Shown here one piece after another: positions 8,528 through 19,000 of a stretch of DNA of 64,000 nucleotides. Source of the DNA: Akkermansia sp. Its GTDB lineage: Bacteria > Verrucomicrobiota > Verrucomicrobiia > Verrucomicrobiales > Akkermansiaceae. The stretch is from contig JAZTYM010000001.1 of the NCBI GenBank assembly GCA_045637025.1, forward strand, positions 7,998 through 71,997, in the 5' to 3' direction. Each line of letters starts with the position of its first letter. The first letter of the stretch is position 1. A model generated the notes under the pieces. The model saw only the letters and a program-made list of their open reading frames with translations, did no database searches and was not told the origin of the DNA. The position numbers and the translations under genes are program-made.

Positions 8528-10213
8528 TTATTTGTTGAATCGACGGGACGTGGCTGCCACGACGCAGAAGAAGATAGTGATACCAAGAGCCCAGACGAGC
8601 GGCAGAATGGCACCGATTTTACCGTCTGCGATATTGGCCACATAGCTGCTGCGGGTGACGAAGAGTTCTTGGTAAATCCAAGCGGTGAAGATGGTAATCA
8701 TGATGATGGGTGTCACCCACCGGATGATGAAGGCTACACCACGCGGGATGCGGATGCGGGCGCCATCTTTCAGCTCGGTCATGCCGTTCTGGGTGCCCCA
8801 AATCTGGTTGAAGAAGATGAGGTTGGTGCCAGTGGTGACGTAGAGGATGAGGCTGCCTACCCAGAAGTCGATGCTGTCCAGCGCGAGGGTGTCTTTGGTG
8901 TACCAGATGATGATGAGGGAGCCGCAGAGCACCAGCCCTGCAATGAGGGCGAGGCTTTGCCCTCGTTTCAGGTTCCAGTACTCGCCCACAAAGGAGACGG
9001 CTGGCTGCACCTGAGAGAGCGCACTTGTCACCGCGCCGATGAAGAGGAGGATGAAGAAGAGAAGGCCGAAGAATTGCCCGCCGGGCATGGCGGTGAATAC
9101 TTGTGGAAGCACGTTGAACCCAAGGCTGAAGGTGCTGCTGGTGGCAGCGGCTGCCACACCCAGCAAAGCCACAGCTGCGGGGATGATGGTGAGACCTGCC
9201 AGGCCGACTTCTGTCACGGAGTTGGCGGCACCGGCGCTCAGCGCGCTCAGGGCGATGTCTTTGCGGCGGCGCACATAGCTGGCATAGCAGCAGATGGAGC
9301 CAGAACCCACGGAAAGTGAGAAGAAGACTTGGCCCGCGGCTCGCAGCCACATTTCAGGGTTGAAGAGGCTTTGCAGGAAGCTTACCTTCTTTTCTTTGAT
9401 TTCTACGCCGGGGTGTTCGGTTTGCAGGCGGGAGACCAAGGCAGTTTTATCGGATTCTGTGGCAGAGGCAGGCACCATGCCGATGGTTTTATCTGTGGCG
9501 GCATCCACCAGCACGACCTTGTCCGGGTTCCACATGTAGCCGAGGCCCTCGTTGACGCTGCGTTCGGGGTGGGCGACATCGGGCGTACCCATGGTGAGCA
9601 CGCGTACCAGCAACACGATAGCGACGATGAAGAGCAGGGGCATGCTCCACTTGCAGAACCACTCAATCCCCTTGCTGATGCCGCGGTAGATGAGGAAGAA
9701 ATTGGCACCCATGGCCAGCAGGAAAAAGATGGGGGCGGAGGTGTGACCGCTGAAGAAGTGGCCATCTGCCTTGGTGCCAACAAAGTTGGCAAAGAAATCC
9801 TGATAGGCGGCAGAGTTGCTGAGCTCCAAATCGCCCACGACCATGTGCCATGCGTAGCCTAGGGTCCAGCCCTCCATGTACACATAGTATACGTTGATGC
9901 TCAGACCTGCCAGGATACCGAGGATGCCCAAGTATTTCCAGAGCGGTTTTTGGGAGATGAGTTGGAAGACGGAAGCTGGGCTGTGGCCACCCAGCACGCC
10001 ACCACGGCGGCCGATGCTCCATTCTACCCAGCAGAGGGGCAGCCCCAGCAGCAAGAAGCAGCTGAAATAGGCTATCATGAACGCGCCCCCACCGTATTGG
10101 GCGGCTAGCCCAGGAAAGCGCAGGAAATTGCCAAAGCCGATGGCGCTGCCAGCCACGGCAAGCATGACTCCCAAGTTTGTTTTCCAATTATCTGTGCTGC
10201 GAGATGTGCTCAT
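8528..10213 (-). CDS. Sodium-dependent NSS/SNF-family transporter, paralog 2 of 3
   Basis: 561-aa ORF with an ATG start (MSTSRSTDNWKTNLGVMLAVAGSAIGFGNFLRFPGLAAQYGGGAFMIAYF...). It is collinear with paralogs 1 and 3 and lies 17 nt upstream of paralog 1. Confidence 0.9.
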   Translation of the reverse strand: MSTSRSTDNWKTNLGVMLAVAGSAIGFGNFLRFPGLAAQYGGGAFMIAYFSCFLLLGLPLCWVEWSIGRRGGVLGGHSPASVFQLISQKPLWKYLGILGILAGLSINVYYVYMEGWTLGYAWHMVVGDLELSNSAAYQDFFANFVGTKADGHFFSGHTSAPIFFLLAMGANFFLIYRGISKGIEWFCKWSMPLLFIVAIVLLVRVLTMGTPDVAHPERSVNEGLGYMWNPDKVVLVDAATDKTIGMVPASATESDKTALVSRLQTEHPGVEIKEKKVSFLQSLFNPEMWLRAAGQVFFSLSVGSGSICCYASYVRRRKDIALSALSAGAANSVTEVGLAGLTIIPAAVALLGVAAAATSSTFSLGFNVLPQVFTAMPGGQFFGLLFFILLFIGAVTSALSQVQPAVSFVGEYWNLKRGQSLALIAGLVLCGSLIIIWYTKDTLALDSIDFWVGSLILYVTTGTNLIFFNQIWGTQNGMTELKDGARIRIPRGVAFIIRWVTPIIMITIFTAWIYQELFVTRSSYVANIADGKIGAILPLVWALGITIFFCVVAATSRRFNK

Positions 10214-10219
10214 ATGGCC

Positions 10220-11950
10220 TTACGAGAAAGGTTCGCGTTCGTATTTGGTTTCCAGATGGGGCTTCTTTTTGAAGTGGCTCGAGGTATGAACCACAAAGCA
10301 GAAGAAGAGGGTGACCAAGAGCACCCACACCAAGGGGAAGATGGCGCCGATTTCGCCGTTGAGGATGTTGGTGATGTGGTAGCTTTGCTTGATGAAGAGG
10401 TTTTGGTAAACCCAAGACACGAAGATGGCAATCATGATGCAGGGTGTGACCCAGTTGATGAGGAAGGCAATGCCACGGCCAATGGGCATGGCGGCACCGC
10501 TGCGCAGCTCGGCCAGACCCTTGTGTGTGCCCCACACGGAGCGGAACATGATGAGGAAGAGGGCTGAGCTCAGGTACAGGCTCATGGTGCCCAACCAGAA
10601 ATCCAAGGTGTCCAGCGCAATCAAATCATTGCCGGTAAACCAGACAACCAAGATGGAGCCCACCACCAGCAACAGCGCCACGAGGCTCACGCTCTGCACG
10701 CGTCGCAGATTCCAGAATTCTTCCACAAAGGCTACTGCGGGCTGCAAAATGGATATGGCACTGGTGATGGCGCCGATGGAGAGCAATACAAAGAACAAGG
10801 TGCCAAAGAACTGCCCACCCGGCATGCTGGCAAATACTTGCGGCAGCACATTGAAGCCCAGACCAAAGGTGCTGGTGCCAGCGGCGGCAGCCACGCCCAA
10901 GAGGGACACGGCCGCAGGGATAATCATCATGCCAGCCAAGCCTACTTCTGCTACCTCATTGGCTGCATTGGCTGTGAGTGAGCCCAGCGCGATGTCTTTG
11001 CGGCGGCGCACATAGCTGGCATACGAACAGACAATGCCGAAGCCGATGGAAAGGGAGTAGAAAATCTGCCCTGCGGCGGTAATCCAGAGTTCAGGGTTGC
11101 TCAGGCCTTTCAGCAGGGTGATGTGTTCTTCACTGATGCTTGTGCCGGGGTTGGCGGTTTGTAAGCGCTGCAGTTGGTCTGCTTTTTCTGCTTCTGTTGC
11201 GCCAGCGGGTACCATGTCCAGCACCTTGTCTTTGTCGTTGACCAGCACGATTTTATCAGGATTCCACATGTAGCCGAGACCCTGATTCACGTTGCGCGTG
11301 GGGTGGGCGGCATCGGGTGTGCCCATGGTGAGCACGCGCACCAAAATGATGACGGCGGTCACCAGCAAGATGGGCATGCTGATTTTGCTGAACCACTCAA
11401 TACCCTTGCTCACACCGCGGTACAGCAGCCAGAAGTTGGCAAGGACAGCCAAGAGGAAGAAGATGAGGAGGGTGCTTTCTCCGCCCATGAAGACGGCGCC
11501 ATCTTGGCCTGCACCTGTGAACTTGGTGAAGAAGGCCCCGTATTCGGCGCTGCTGGCCAGGTTCAAATCACCCACGGCGGTGTGCCATGCGTAGCCCAGG
11601 GTCCAGCCTTCGAGAGCCATGTAGTACATGCTGATAGCGAGGGGGACGATAACGGCTACAAGCCCTAAGTACTTCCAGCTCCTGTGCTGTGAAAGTAGGT
11701 AGAAAATGGAGGCCGAGCTATGCCCGCCCAAGGCTCCGCCCTTGCGCCCAATGGCCCACTCCACCCAGCTCAGGGGAATGCCCATCAGCAAAAATGCACA
11801 AAAATACGCTATCATGAATGCACCACCGCCATATTGTGCGGCGAGCCCAGGAAAACGCAAAAAATTACCAAATCCGATGGCGCTGCCTGCCACGGCTAGT
11901 ACGACGCCCAGATTTGAACTCCAATTCTCTTTTTTTCTTTTCTTGCTCAC
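10220..11950 (-). CDS. Sodium-dependent NSS/SNF-family transporter, paralog 3 of 3
   Basis: ORF-track ORF 10220..11980 is trimmed to GTG 11950 (VSKKRKKENWSSNLGVVLAVAGSAIGFGNFLRFP...). This follows the GTG-AGC start of paralog 1. ATG 11980 also lies between the -35 and -10 of the predicted promoter. Confidence 0.85.
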   Translation of the reverse strand: MSKKRKKENWSSNLGVVLAVAGSAIGFGNFLRFPGLAAQYGGGAFMIAYFCAFLLMGIPLSWVEWAIGRKGGALGGHSSASIFYLLSQHRSWKYLGLVAVIVPLAISMYYMALEGWTLGYAWHTAVGDLNLASSAEYGAFFTKFTGAGQDGAVFMGGESTLLIFFLLAVLANFWLLYRGVSKGIEWFSKISMPILLVTAVIILVRVLTMGTPDAAHPTRNVNQGLGYMWNPDKIVLVNDKDKVLDMVPAGATEAEKADQLQRLQTANPGTSISEEHITLLKGLSNPELWITAAGQIFYSLSIGFGIVCSYASYVRRRKDIALGSLTANAANEVAEVGLAGMMIIPAAVSLLGVAAAAGTSTFGLGFNVLPQVFASMPGGQFFGTLFFVLLSIGAITSAISILQPAVAFVEEFWNLRRVQSVSLVALLLVVGSILVVWFTGNDLIALDTLDFWLGTMSLYLSSALFLIMFRSVWGTHKGLAELRSGAAMPIGRGIAFLINWVTPCIMIAIFVSWVYQNLFIKQSYHITNILNGEIGAIFPLVWVLLVTLFFCFVVHTSSHFKKKPHLETKYEREPFS

Positions 11951-11967
11951 GACAAAATAACTCGTGA

Positions 11968-11996
11968 AGCATACATGCAAAACGGCCTGATGTCAA
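11968..11996 (-). promoter_or_regulatory. Sigma70-like promoter of the triple NSS operon
   Basis: The minus strand reads TTGACA, a 17-nt spacer, then TATGCT. The -10 ends 17 nt before GTG 11950. Confidence 0.45.
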
Positions 11997-12071
11997 GGAT
12001 ATTGGTGCGGGGGCATCATTATGCGAAGATGGGTTGTTCAGTAGGGCGGGGACTGGCGTGTTTCTTGTGCA

Positions 12072-12104
12072 ACAAAAAGAAGCTGCGGCATGTGCCGCAG
12101 CTTC
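12072..12104 (-). terminator. Rho-independent terminator of fba
   Basis: The minus strand reads GAAGCTGCGGCA..TGCCGCAGCTTC followed by TTTTTG. Confidence 0.7.
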
Positions 12105-12133
12105 CGTTAAAGTTGGTTTCTCGGGGGGCGAGA

Positions 12134-13159
<1,026 letters not shown>

Positions 13160-13213
13160 GGTACTGTATGGGTTTATCGTTACAGCGTGCTAGGCACGCA
13201 TCTTACGGGGCGT

Positions 13214-13242
13214 ATTTTAGCCTCAATAGGCGCACTTTGCAA
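13214..13242 (-). promoter_or_regulatory. Sigma70-like promoter of fba
   Basis: The minus strand reads TTGCAA, a 17-nt spacer, then TAAAAT. The leader is about 50 nt and contains a small GCGTGC-cta-GCACGC hairpin. Confidence 0.45.
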
Positions 13243-13284
13243 GTAAAAAGAGAAGATAATGGCAAGAGATTGTGAAAAAAACGA

Positions 13285-13319
13285 TAAATAAAAACGCGCC
13301 ACCTGATAGGGGCGCGTTT
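13285..13319 (-). terminator. Rho-independent terminator of the thioredoxin-fold gene
   Basis: The minus strand reads AAACGCGCC-cctatcaggt-GGCGCGTTT followed by TTATTTATCGTTTTTTT. Confidence 0.65.
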
Positions 13320-13358
13320 CAAAATGTGTTGCTTTGTTAAGGTGAGATGGGCGGCTCT

Positions 13359-13970
13359 TTAGTTTTTGCCGTTTTTCTTGCCTTTCTTGGCCTTTTTCTT
13401 TTCGGGCTTTTGTTTGATGATGTTCTCCCAGTTAGCGCCGAGGGAACCATGCCCATTGACGAGGACATCTCCCTTGCCGTTCACAATCATGATACCGGGG
13501 AGGCTTTCAGCGCGGGGTTCTCCGGGCACGCTGCTCAGCTTGGGCGCGCCACCAGATGCCATGATGACGGGGCATTTCGCATCGTACTTTTTGACGTATG
13601 CGGCGATGTTGGCCTCAGAGTCGGGGCTGACGAGAATCAGCTCAACATTCTTCTTTTGCATCTTGGGGTATTCTTCCATCATTTTCTGCATGACCGGGGG
13701 GCAGTATCTGCACCAGCTGGCCGAGAAGAGGAAGGCAAAGAACTTGGCCTTGGGGTTGGGACGGGCATCGGTCTGGTACTCTAGCTCATCAAGTGCCTTG
13801 CCGACGGCCGTGCGTGCCTTCGAGGCTTTCTTTTCTTTCTTGGTCTCCTTTTTGGTGGGTGCCTCGGCCGCGGTGTCCTCGTTGGCAGTGGTATCGTCCT
13901 GGGCAGAAAGCGGGCATACCAGCCAGCCAAAGGCCAGCAGGACGAAGATGGATTTGAGGTGTGTGCTCAT
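13359..13970 (-). CDS. Secreted thioredoxin-fold thiol-disulfide oxidoreductase (TlpA-like)
   Basis: 203 aa. It has a signal peptide (MSTHLKSIFVLLAFGWLVCPLSAQ) and a CxxC active site in FSASWCRYCPPV. Both ends carry Lys-rich tails. Confidence 0.75.
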   Translation of the reverse strand: MSTHLKSIFVLLAFGWLVCPLSAQDDTTANEDTAAEAPTKKETKKEKKASKARTAVGKALDELEYQTDARPNPKAKFFAFLFSASWCRYCPPVMQKMMEEYPKMQKKNVELILVSPDSEANIAAYVKKYDAKCPVIMASGGAPKLSSVPGEPRAESLPGIMIVNGKGDVLVNGHGSLGANWENIIKQKPEKKKAKKGKKNGKN

Positions 13971-13977
13971 GGCTGCT

Positions 13978-14006
13978 TATGTATCAAAGAGAGGGTGCGC
14001 TGTCAA
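13978..14006 (-). promoter_or_regulatory. Sigma70-like promoter of the thioredoxin-fold gene, leaderless geometry
   Basis: The minus strand reads TTGACA, a 17-nt spacer, then TACATA. Only 7 nt separate the -10 from ATG 13970. Confidence 0.45.
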
Positions 14007-14050
14007 CGTCATATTGCCCGCGCGCCGTAGGTGGAGAGCATTTTTTGCGT

Positions 14051-14075
14051 GGGGGCGGGCATTGGGGGGCAGGGG
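14051..14075 (+). other. Canonical G-quadruplex-forming motif
   Basis: It reads GGGGG-c-GGG-catt-GGGGGG-ca-GGGG, giving four runs of G3 or more with loops of 1, 4 and 2 nt. It lies about 30 nt upstream of the GH109 -35. Confidence 0.6.
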
Positions 14076-14105
14076 CGCTCATAGTGTCTGTCCGGAGAAA
14101 TTAGC

Positions 14106-14133
14106 TTGACTCTGCGGGAGATGCCTCTATACT
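14106..14133 (+). promoter_or_regulatory. Sigma70-like promoter of the GH109 gene
   Basis: It reads TTGACT, a 16-nt spacer, then TATACT. The leader to ATG 14208 is about 68 nt. Confidence 0.45.
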
Positions 14134-14207
14134 TATGGCAGTTCTCTCCACCTAGTAGATACGCTGCTGGGCTGGCTCAGAACACAATCAGGACACTTCG
14201 AAAAATT

Positions 14208-15977
14208 ATGAAACTGAACAAAGTGATTACGTTGGCAGTAGCCGTGCTCATGTCGGTGAGCACCCTCAATGCCCAGTCGCTGTCTCCTTCTACCAAGACC
14301 CATTGGGATAAGGGTACGTTGGTGGTAGAGACCCCCGCTCGCCCCGAAGGGCAGCAGCATGTTGTGGGTCTGACAGCTCCCAAGTTGAAGACGGTCCGTG
14401 TAGCATTTGTTGGCCTCGGTATGCGTGGCCCGGGTGCTGTGGCTCGCTTTACCCACATCCCTGGTGTGGAAATCGTCGCTCTGTGCGACTACGAGAAGGC
14501 TCGCGCCGAGAAGTGCCAGAAAGATCTCCGCAAGGCTGGTATGGCTCCCGCTGATATCTACTACGGTGCTACCGGTTATCAGGAGCTTTGCAAGCGCGAT
14601 GATATTGATTTGGTCTATGTGGCTACAGACTGGGACCACCACTTCCCCGTGGCCAAGTGCGCTCTGGAAAATGGCAAGCACACCGCTATCGAAGTGCCCA
14701 GCGCCATGAACCTGGAGCAGTGCTGGGAGCTTGTGAATCTCTCTGAAAAGACCCGCAAGCACTGCATGATTCTTGAGAACTGCTGCTACGACTGGTTCGA
14801 GTTGGATGCCCTCAACATGGCTCAGCAGGGTGTGCTCGGTGAAGTGCTCTACGCTAAGGGTGCTTACATCCACAACCTTGACCCCTTCTGGGGTGATTAC
14901 TGGGTCAACCCCTCCAACGACCCCGAGAAGCTTGGCTGGCGCATGAAGTACAACATGGAAAACCGCGGCGACGTGTACGCTACACACGGCCTCGGCCCCG
15001 TGGCTCAGGTGATGAACATTCACCGTGGCGACCGCTTCAAGACCCTCGTGGCTATGGACACGAAGTCCGTACACGGTAAGGAGTATGTGGAGAAGAAGAC
15101 TGGCAAGCCTTGCCCCGAATACCGCAATGGCGACCACACCACGACCCTCATGCGCACGGAAAACGGCAAGGTGGTGGAGATTCAGCACAACGTGATGAAC
15201 CCCCAGCCCTACAACCGCCTCTTCCAGTTGACGGGTACCCGCGGTTTTGCCAACAAGTACCCCATCGAAGGTTTCGTGCTTGATAGCGGCCACATGAAGC
15301 AGTCTGAAGGCGCCCCCAACCTCGAGGACCTCGACTCCCACTCCTTCATGAGCGAGGAGAATATGAAGAAGCTCCGCAAGGCTTATCGTCACCCCATCAT
15401 CAAGAAGTACGGCGATATGGCCGAAAAGGTGGGTGGCCACGGCGGTATGGACTTCTTCATGGATGTGCGTATGGTATACTGCCTCCAGAATGGTCTTCCC
15501 TTGGACATGGACGTGTATGACCTGGCTGAATGGTGCTGCCTTGCTGAGCTTGGCTCCCTCTCCATGGACAACAACAACTGCTCCGTGACCTTCCCCGACT
15601 TCACCCGCGGCCACTGGAACGACGTGCAGGGTTACAAGCACGCCTACGCCTCCGCTGCTGATGAAGCTGCTACGGAAGCCACCGCTGCTGCATTCAGCGC
15701 TGCTCACAAGGCTGCTGTGAAGAAGCTCAACCTCTGGGCTCTCTACGATGCCGCCGCTTCTGGCGATGCTGCTGCCGTGAAGGCCTACGCCGACGCTGCT
15801 GCTAAGCTCGACGTGGAGACGGAAATCGCTGAAAAGGCTGCTGCCGCCGCTACCGCTGCTGCTGAGAAGGCCTACTCTGAAACCTACTCCAAGGTAGAGT
15901 CTGAAGCAACGCCCGCTCCCGCCGCTGCCGACAAGGCTACGCCCTTCGAAAACGACGACACGGCTGAAGAGGTGTAA
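14208..15977 (+). CDS. GH109-type NAD-dependent alpha-N-acetylgalactosaminidase (Gfo/Idh/MocA fold) with an Ala-rich C-terminal tail
   Basis: ORF-track ORF 14106..15977 is trimmed to ATG 14208 (MKLNKVITLAVAVLMSVSTLNAQ, a signal peptide). The TTG at 14106 is the -35 of the predicted promoter. The Rossmann motif VAFVGLGMRG is present. Blocks remembered from the Elizabethkingia GH109 enzyme are also seen: YATHGLGPV..NIHRGDR, GGHGGMDFFMD, PLDMDVYDLAEW and FPDFTRGHW. Confidence 0.8.
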   Translation: MKLNKVITLAVAVLMSVSTLNAQSLSPSTKTHWDKGTLVVETPARPEGQQHVVGLTAPKLKTVRVAFVGLGMRGPGAVARFTHIPGVEIVALCDYEKARAEKCQKDLRKAGMAPADIYYGATGYQELCKRDDIDLVYVATDWDHHFPVAKCALENGKHTAIEVPSAMNLEQCWELVNLSEKTRKHCMILENCCYDWFELDALNMAQQGVLGEVLYAKGAYIHNLDPFWGDYWVNPSNDPEKLGWRMKYNMENRGDVYATHGLGPVAQVMNIHRGDRFKTLVAMDTKSVHGKEYVEKKTGKPCPEYRNGDHTTTLMRTENGKVVEIQHNVMNPQPYNRLFQLTGTRGFANKYPIEGFVLDSGHMKQSEGAPNLEDLDSHSFMSEENMKKLRKAYRHPIIKKYGDMAEKVGGHGGMDFFMDVRMVYCLQNGLPLDMDVYDLAEWCCLAELGSLSMDNNNCSVTFPDFTRGHWNDVQGYKHAYASAADEAATEATAAAFSAAHKAAVKKLNLWALYDAAASGDAAAVKAYADAAAKLDVETEIAEKAAAAATAAAEKAYSETYSKVESEATPAPAAADKATPFENDDTAEEV

Positions 15978-16003
15978 GCGCTAGCTTATCACACAACATT
16001 TCA

Positions 16004-16040
16004 ACCACCCGCCGAGCTTGCCTTCGCGGGTGGTTTTGTC
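16004..16040 (+). terminator. Rho-independent terminator of the GH109 gene
   Basis: It reads ACCACCCGC-cgagcttgccttc-GCGGGTGGT followed by TTTGTC. The hairpin lies between convergent genes and may also stop the helicase transcript. Confidence 0.65.
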
Positions 16041-16075
16041 TCTACTGCGCTCAACATGGCGCGTGCGTTGTGCCT

Positions 16076-19000
16076 TCAGCTGGCCTTCTTGCTCCATGCC
16101 GCAATATGGGCGGGGATAGCGTGCTCCAGCTTCCATTTGATGCTCATGGGGCGAGCCCCCGTGTGTGATACGTATCGCACAGGCCCCAAGAAAGTGTACG
16201 GGGCGCTTACACCACTCTCCGTTTTCTTGTGTTTGCGGATAAAGAGCATGATGGTGATGTCTCTCTCCTCGTGGTGAATGAAGTTCTTCCCAGTCTCGCT
16301 TTGTGGTGTTGTGGTAGATTGACTTTGCCAATGGAAGAGCGTATCCGAGATGGCATAGTCATCATACATGGTAGTCGGCGAAAAATCATCCTCGTTTTTG
16401 TTGATGTCTGCAAAGAAGACATACATTTTTTGATTTTTTAGGACACCCTCGCGAGAAGGATATGTTTTTTCGAAGGTACTCATGCCCAGCGCTTGGAGGA
16501 CTTGTTCGCGGGTATAGTGACCATGTAATTTTAAGCTCCCCGTCTTGGGGAACTGAGTCGAGCGGAAAAGACCATTCCGAGCACTCGTCCACTGTATAAG
16601 CTCCTTCAAATCTTGGCGTAGTCCATCATAACGGCGCACATATTGGTGCAGCCCATCGAGCGTATCAGCGGGGCGAGATGCACCCCACAATACGCTGTAA
16701 AACGATGTGAGAGCCCCTGGGTCTAATACGGAATCTGTGTCTAAGTTGGTGCTCACAGCTTGCAATAAACCGGCATCGTTTTGATGCATCAGGCGCATGA
16801 AGCCGTGTTTGAGCTTATCTTCGTATGGGGTGATTCGTTCGTCGTGGAGTTCTTCCCCTTTTGCTAATTGATGTAAAACATGAGGCAGGGCTTTGGCGTA
16901 TAATTCTTCAGGAGATTCAAGGCCAAACTCCGCCAATAATTCATGTAGGCTTAGGTGGTCTTTGCCATGCACTCGCAAAGCCTCTTTGAGCTCGCGTACC
17001 ATCTTTTTGCGCGATAGGTTGGCAATGGAATGGTTGATGTTCTCCAAGATTCTTTCGGATGCCTCCTTTTCGAGAGTGATGGAGCACCCCGTGGGCAGGT
17101 AGCTAAACCCTTGTTGCAGCATTTTTTGAATATCCTTGGTGCTGCTGCGTGAACACAGTGCTTTGAAGCGCTGTGCATAATTGAACTTGGTGTGCTGACG
17201 TGCAATAAAATCGAACACCAAGAGACACTCTTTGTTTTCGCTGCGGCGTAGCCCGCGACCAAGTTGTTGCAGAAACACGGTGACGCTTTCCGTGGGGCGT
17301 AGAAAGACGACGGTGTCAATCATGGGAATATCGACACCCTCGTTGAAGAGATCTACGGTGAAAATGATGCAAATCTCCCCACTTTCTATCCTTTGCTTGG
17401 CTTGGTTGCGTTCTTCTAGTGGACTTGTGCCCGTCAGCGCTAGAGCGGGTACTCCCCTTTCATTGCAGTATTGCGCCATGAAGCGTGCGTGCTCCACGCT
17501 CACGCAGAATCCAAGAGTTTTGCGTTTGGTGATATCTTCCACGCGCATGTTCATTTGTTCGAGTACCCAGCCTGCGCGCTGCACATTGTGAACGAGTTTC
17601 TTTTCCAATTCCGCCGTATCATATTTGCCACTTTTCCACGGTACGTGAGAAAAATCGACCACATCACTCATGCCGTAGTATACAAAGGGGCAAAGTAAGG
17701 CTCGGTTGATGGCATCTCCCAGTCTCAGTTCGTGGGTGAAACTGCCGCCAAAATGAGGTACAATGTCGAGCCCGTCCATGCGTTCGGGCGTTGCTGTTAA
17801 TCCTAACAAACTGAGAGAATGGAGCCCGCCCAGCACGTTTAAATAGCTGGTGGCTGTGCTGTGATGAGCTTCATCCACCACGACGTATTGGAAGTGCTCT
17901 GCGCTGAATCTGTCTTTTTGATTGAGCCAAGAGGGTATGGTGCAAAACCAGTGGGTGGTATTGGTTGGTTCATTGTCTTTGTCGATAAGACATCCAAAAC
18001 TACCGTCTTTGAGCACATGCCTGAAGCTGTAGAGCGCCTGCTCTAAGATTTCTTTGCGATGCGCGAGAAAAAGAAGAGTAGCGCCGGGGTGTTGTTTGAG
18101 AAATGCTTTATAATCAAAAGCTGCAATCATGGTTTTGCCCGTGCCCGTGGCAGCAATGATAAGGTGTTTATTTCTCCCTGCACTGCGCTCTCTCGCTATG
18201 TCTTCCAGCGCCTCTTCCTGATAGGGATAGGGGTGTAAATCAAAGAAGCTCATGGGGGAACCTGCAGGGCTGTGCCCCTGTTCCATTTTGCGCGCGTTGC
18301 GCAACCGCACAATTCCTTGTTCACCTTGGCAGGGTTCAAAAGTGCGGATATCCTCCCAGTGCGAATCGAAGGAGGCTATCGTGGCATCCCATAAGTGTTT
18401 GAGCTCACGCTGACTTATTTTTACATTCCACTCCAAGCCATTGTCCATGGCGACTTTTGAGATATTGGAGGAACCGATGTAGGCGGAACCAAAGCCCGTG
18501 TTGCGGTGAAAGATATAGCTTTTGGCGTGAAGTCGCGTCGATTTCGTATCATACGATACGCGAATTTCTGTGTTGGGCAATTCTTGGAGAAGTTTTATGG
18601 CCTTGGGTTCAGTCACTCCCAGATAAACAGTTGTTGCAATGCGTAGGCAGGGGGTGGTGTCGTGGGCGTGTTTGCTTGTAAACTCGCGCAAAGCAGGCAT
18701 GATGGGCGTAATGCCCGACATGCGGATGAATGATACCAGCCAGTCGGCCCGGTCGCAAGTCAGCAATTCCTTCTTGATTTGCTCATAAAGTTTGGGGGTA
18801 TGGGAGGCTCCCGTCAATAGCGCCGAGGTCGCCAAGGGTGTGTCGGGCAAGATAGGTCTCGCTTTTGCGTTCATCTCCTCGTGCGGAGGAAGAATGGCCT
18901 TCAATTTGCGGCCATCGCAGGGGATAATGCTATCTGCCACGTGACGGATGAAGCGTTCATCAGTCAGAATGCTTCGCACCGTATCATATAGTTTTTTATC

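Larger units (their letters stand above)
14028..14154. repeat. 11-bp inverted repeat pair bracketing the GH109 promoter
   Basis: TAGGTGGAGAG at 14028-14038 is the exact reverse complement of CTCTCCACCTA at 14144-14154. The enclosed 105 bp contains the -35/-10 at 14106-14133. Confidence 0.7.
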
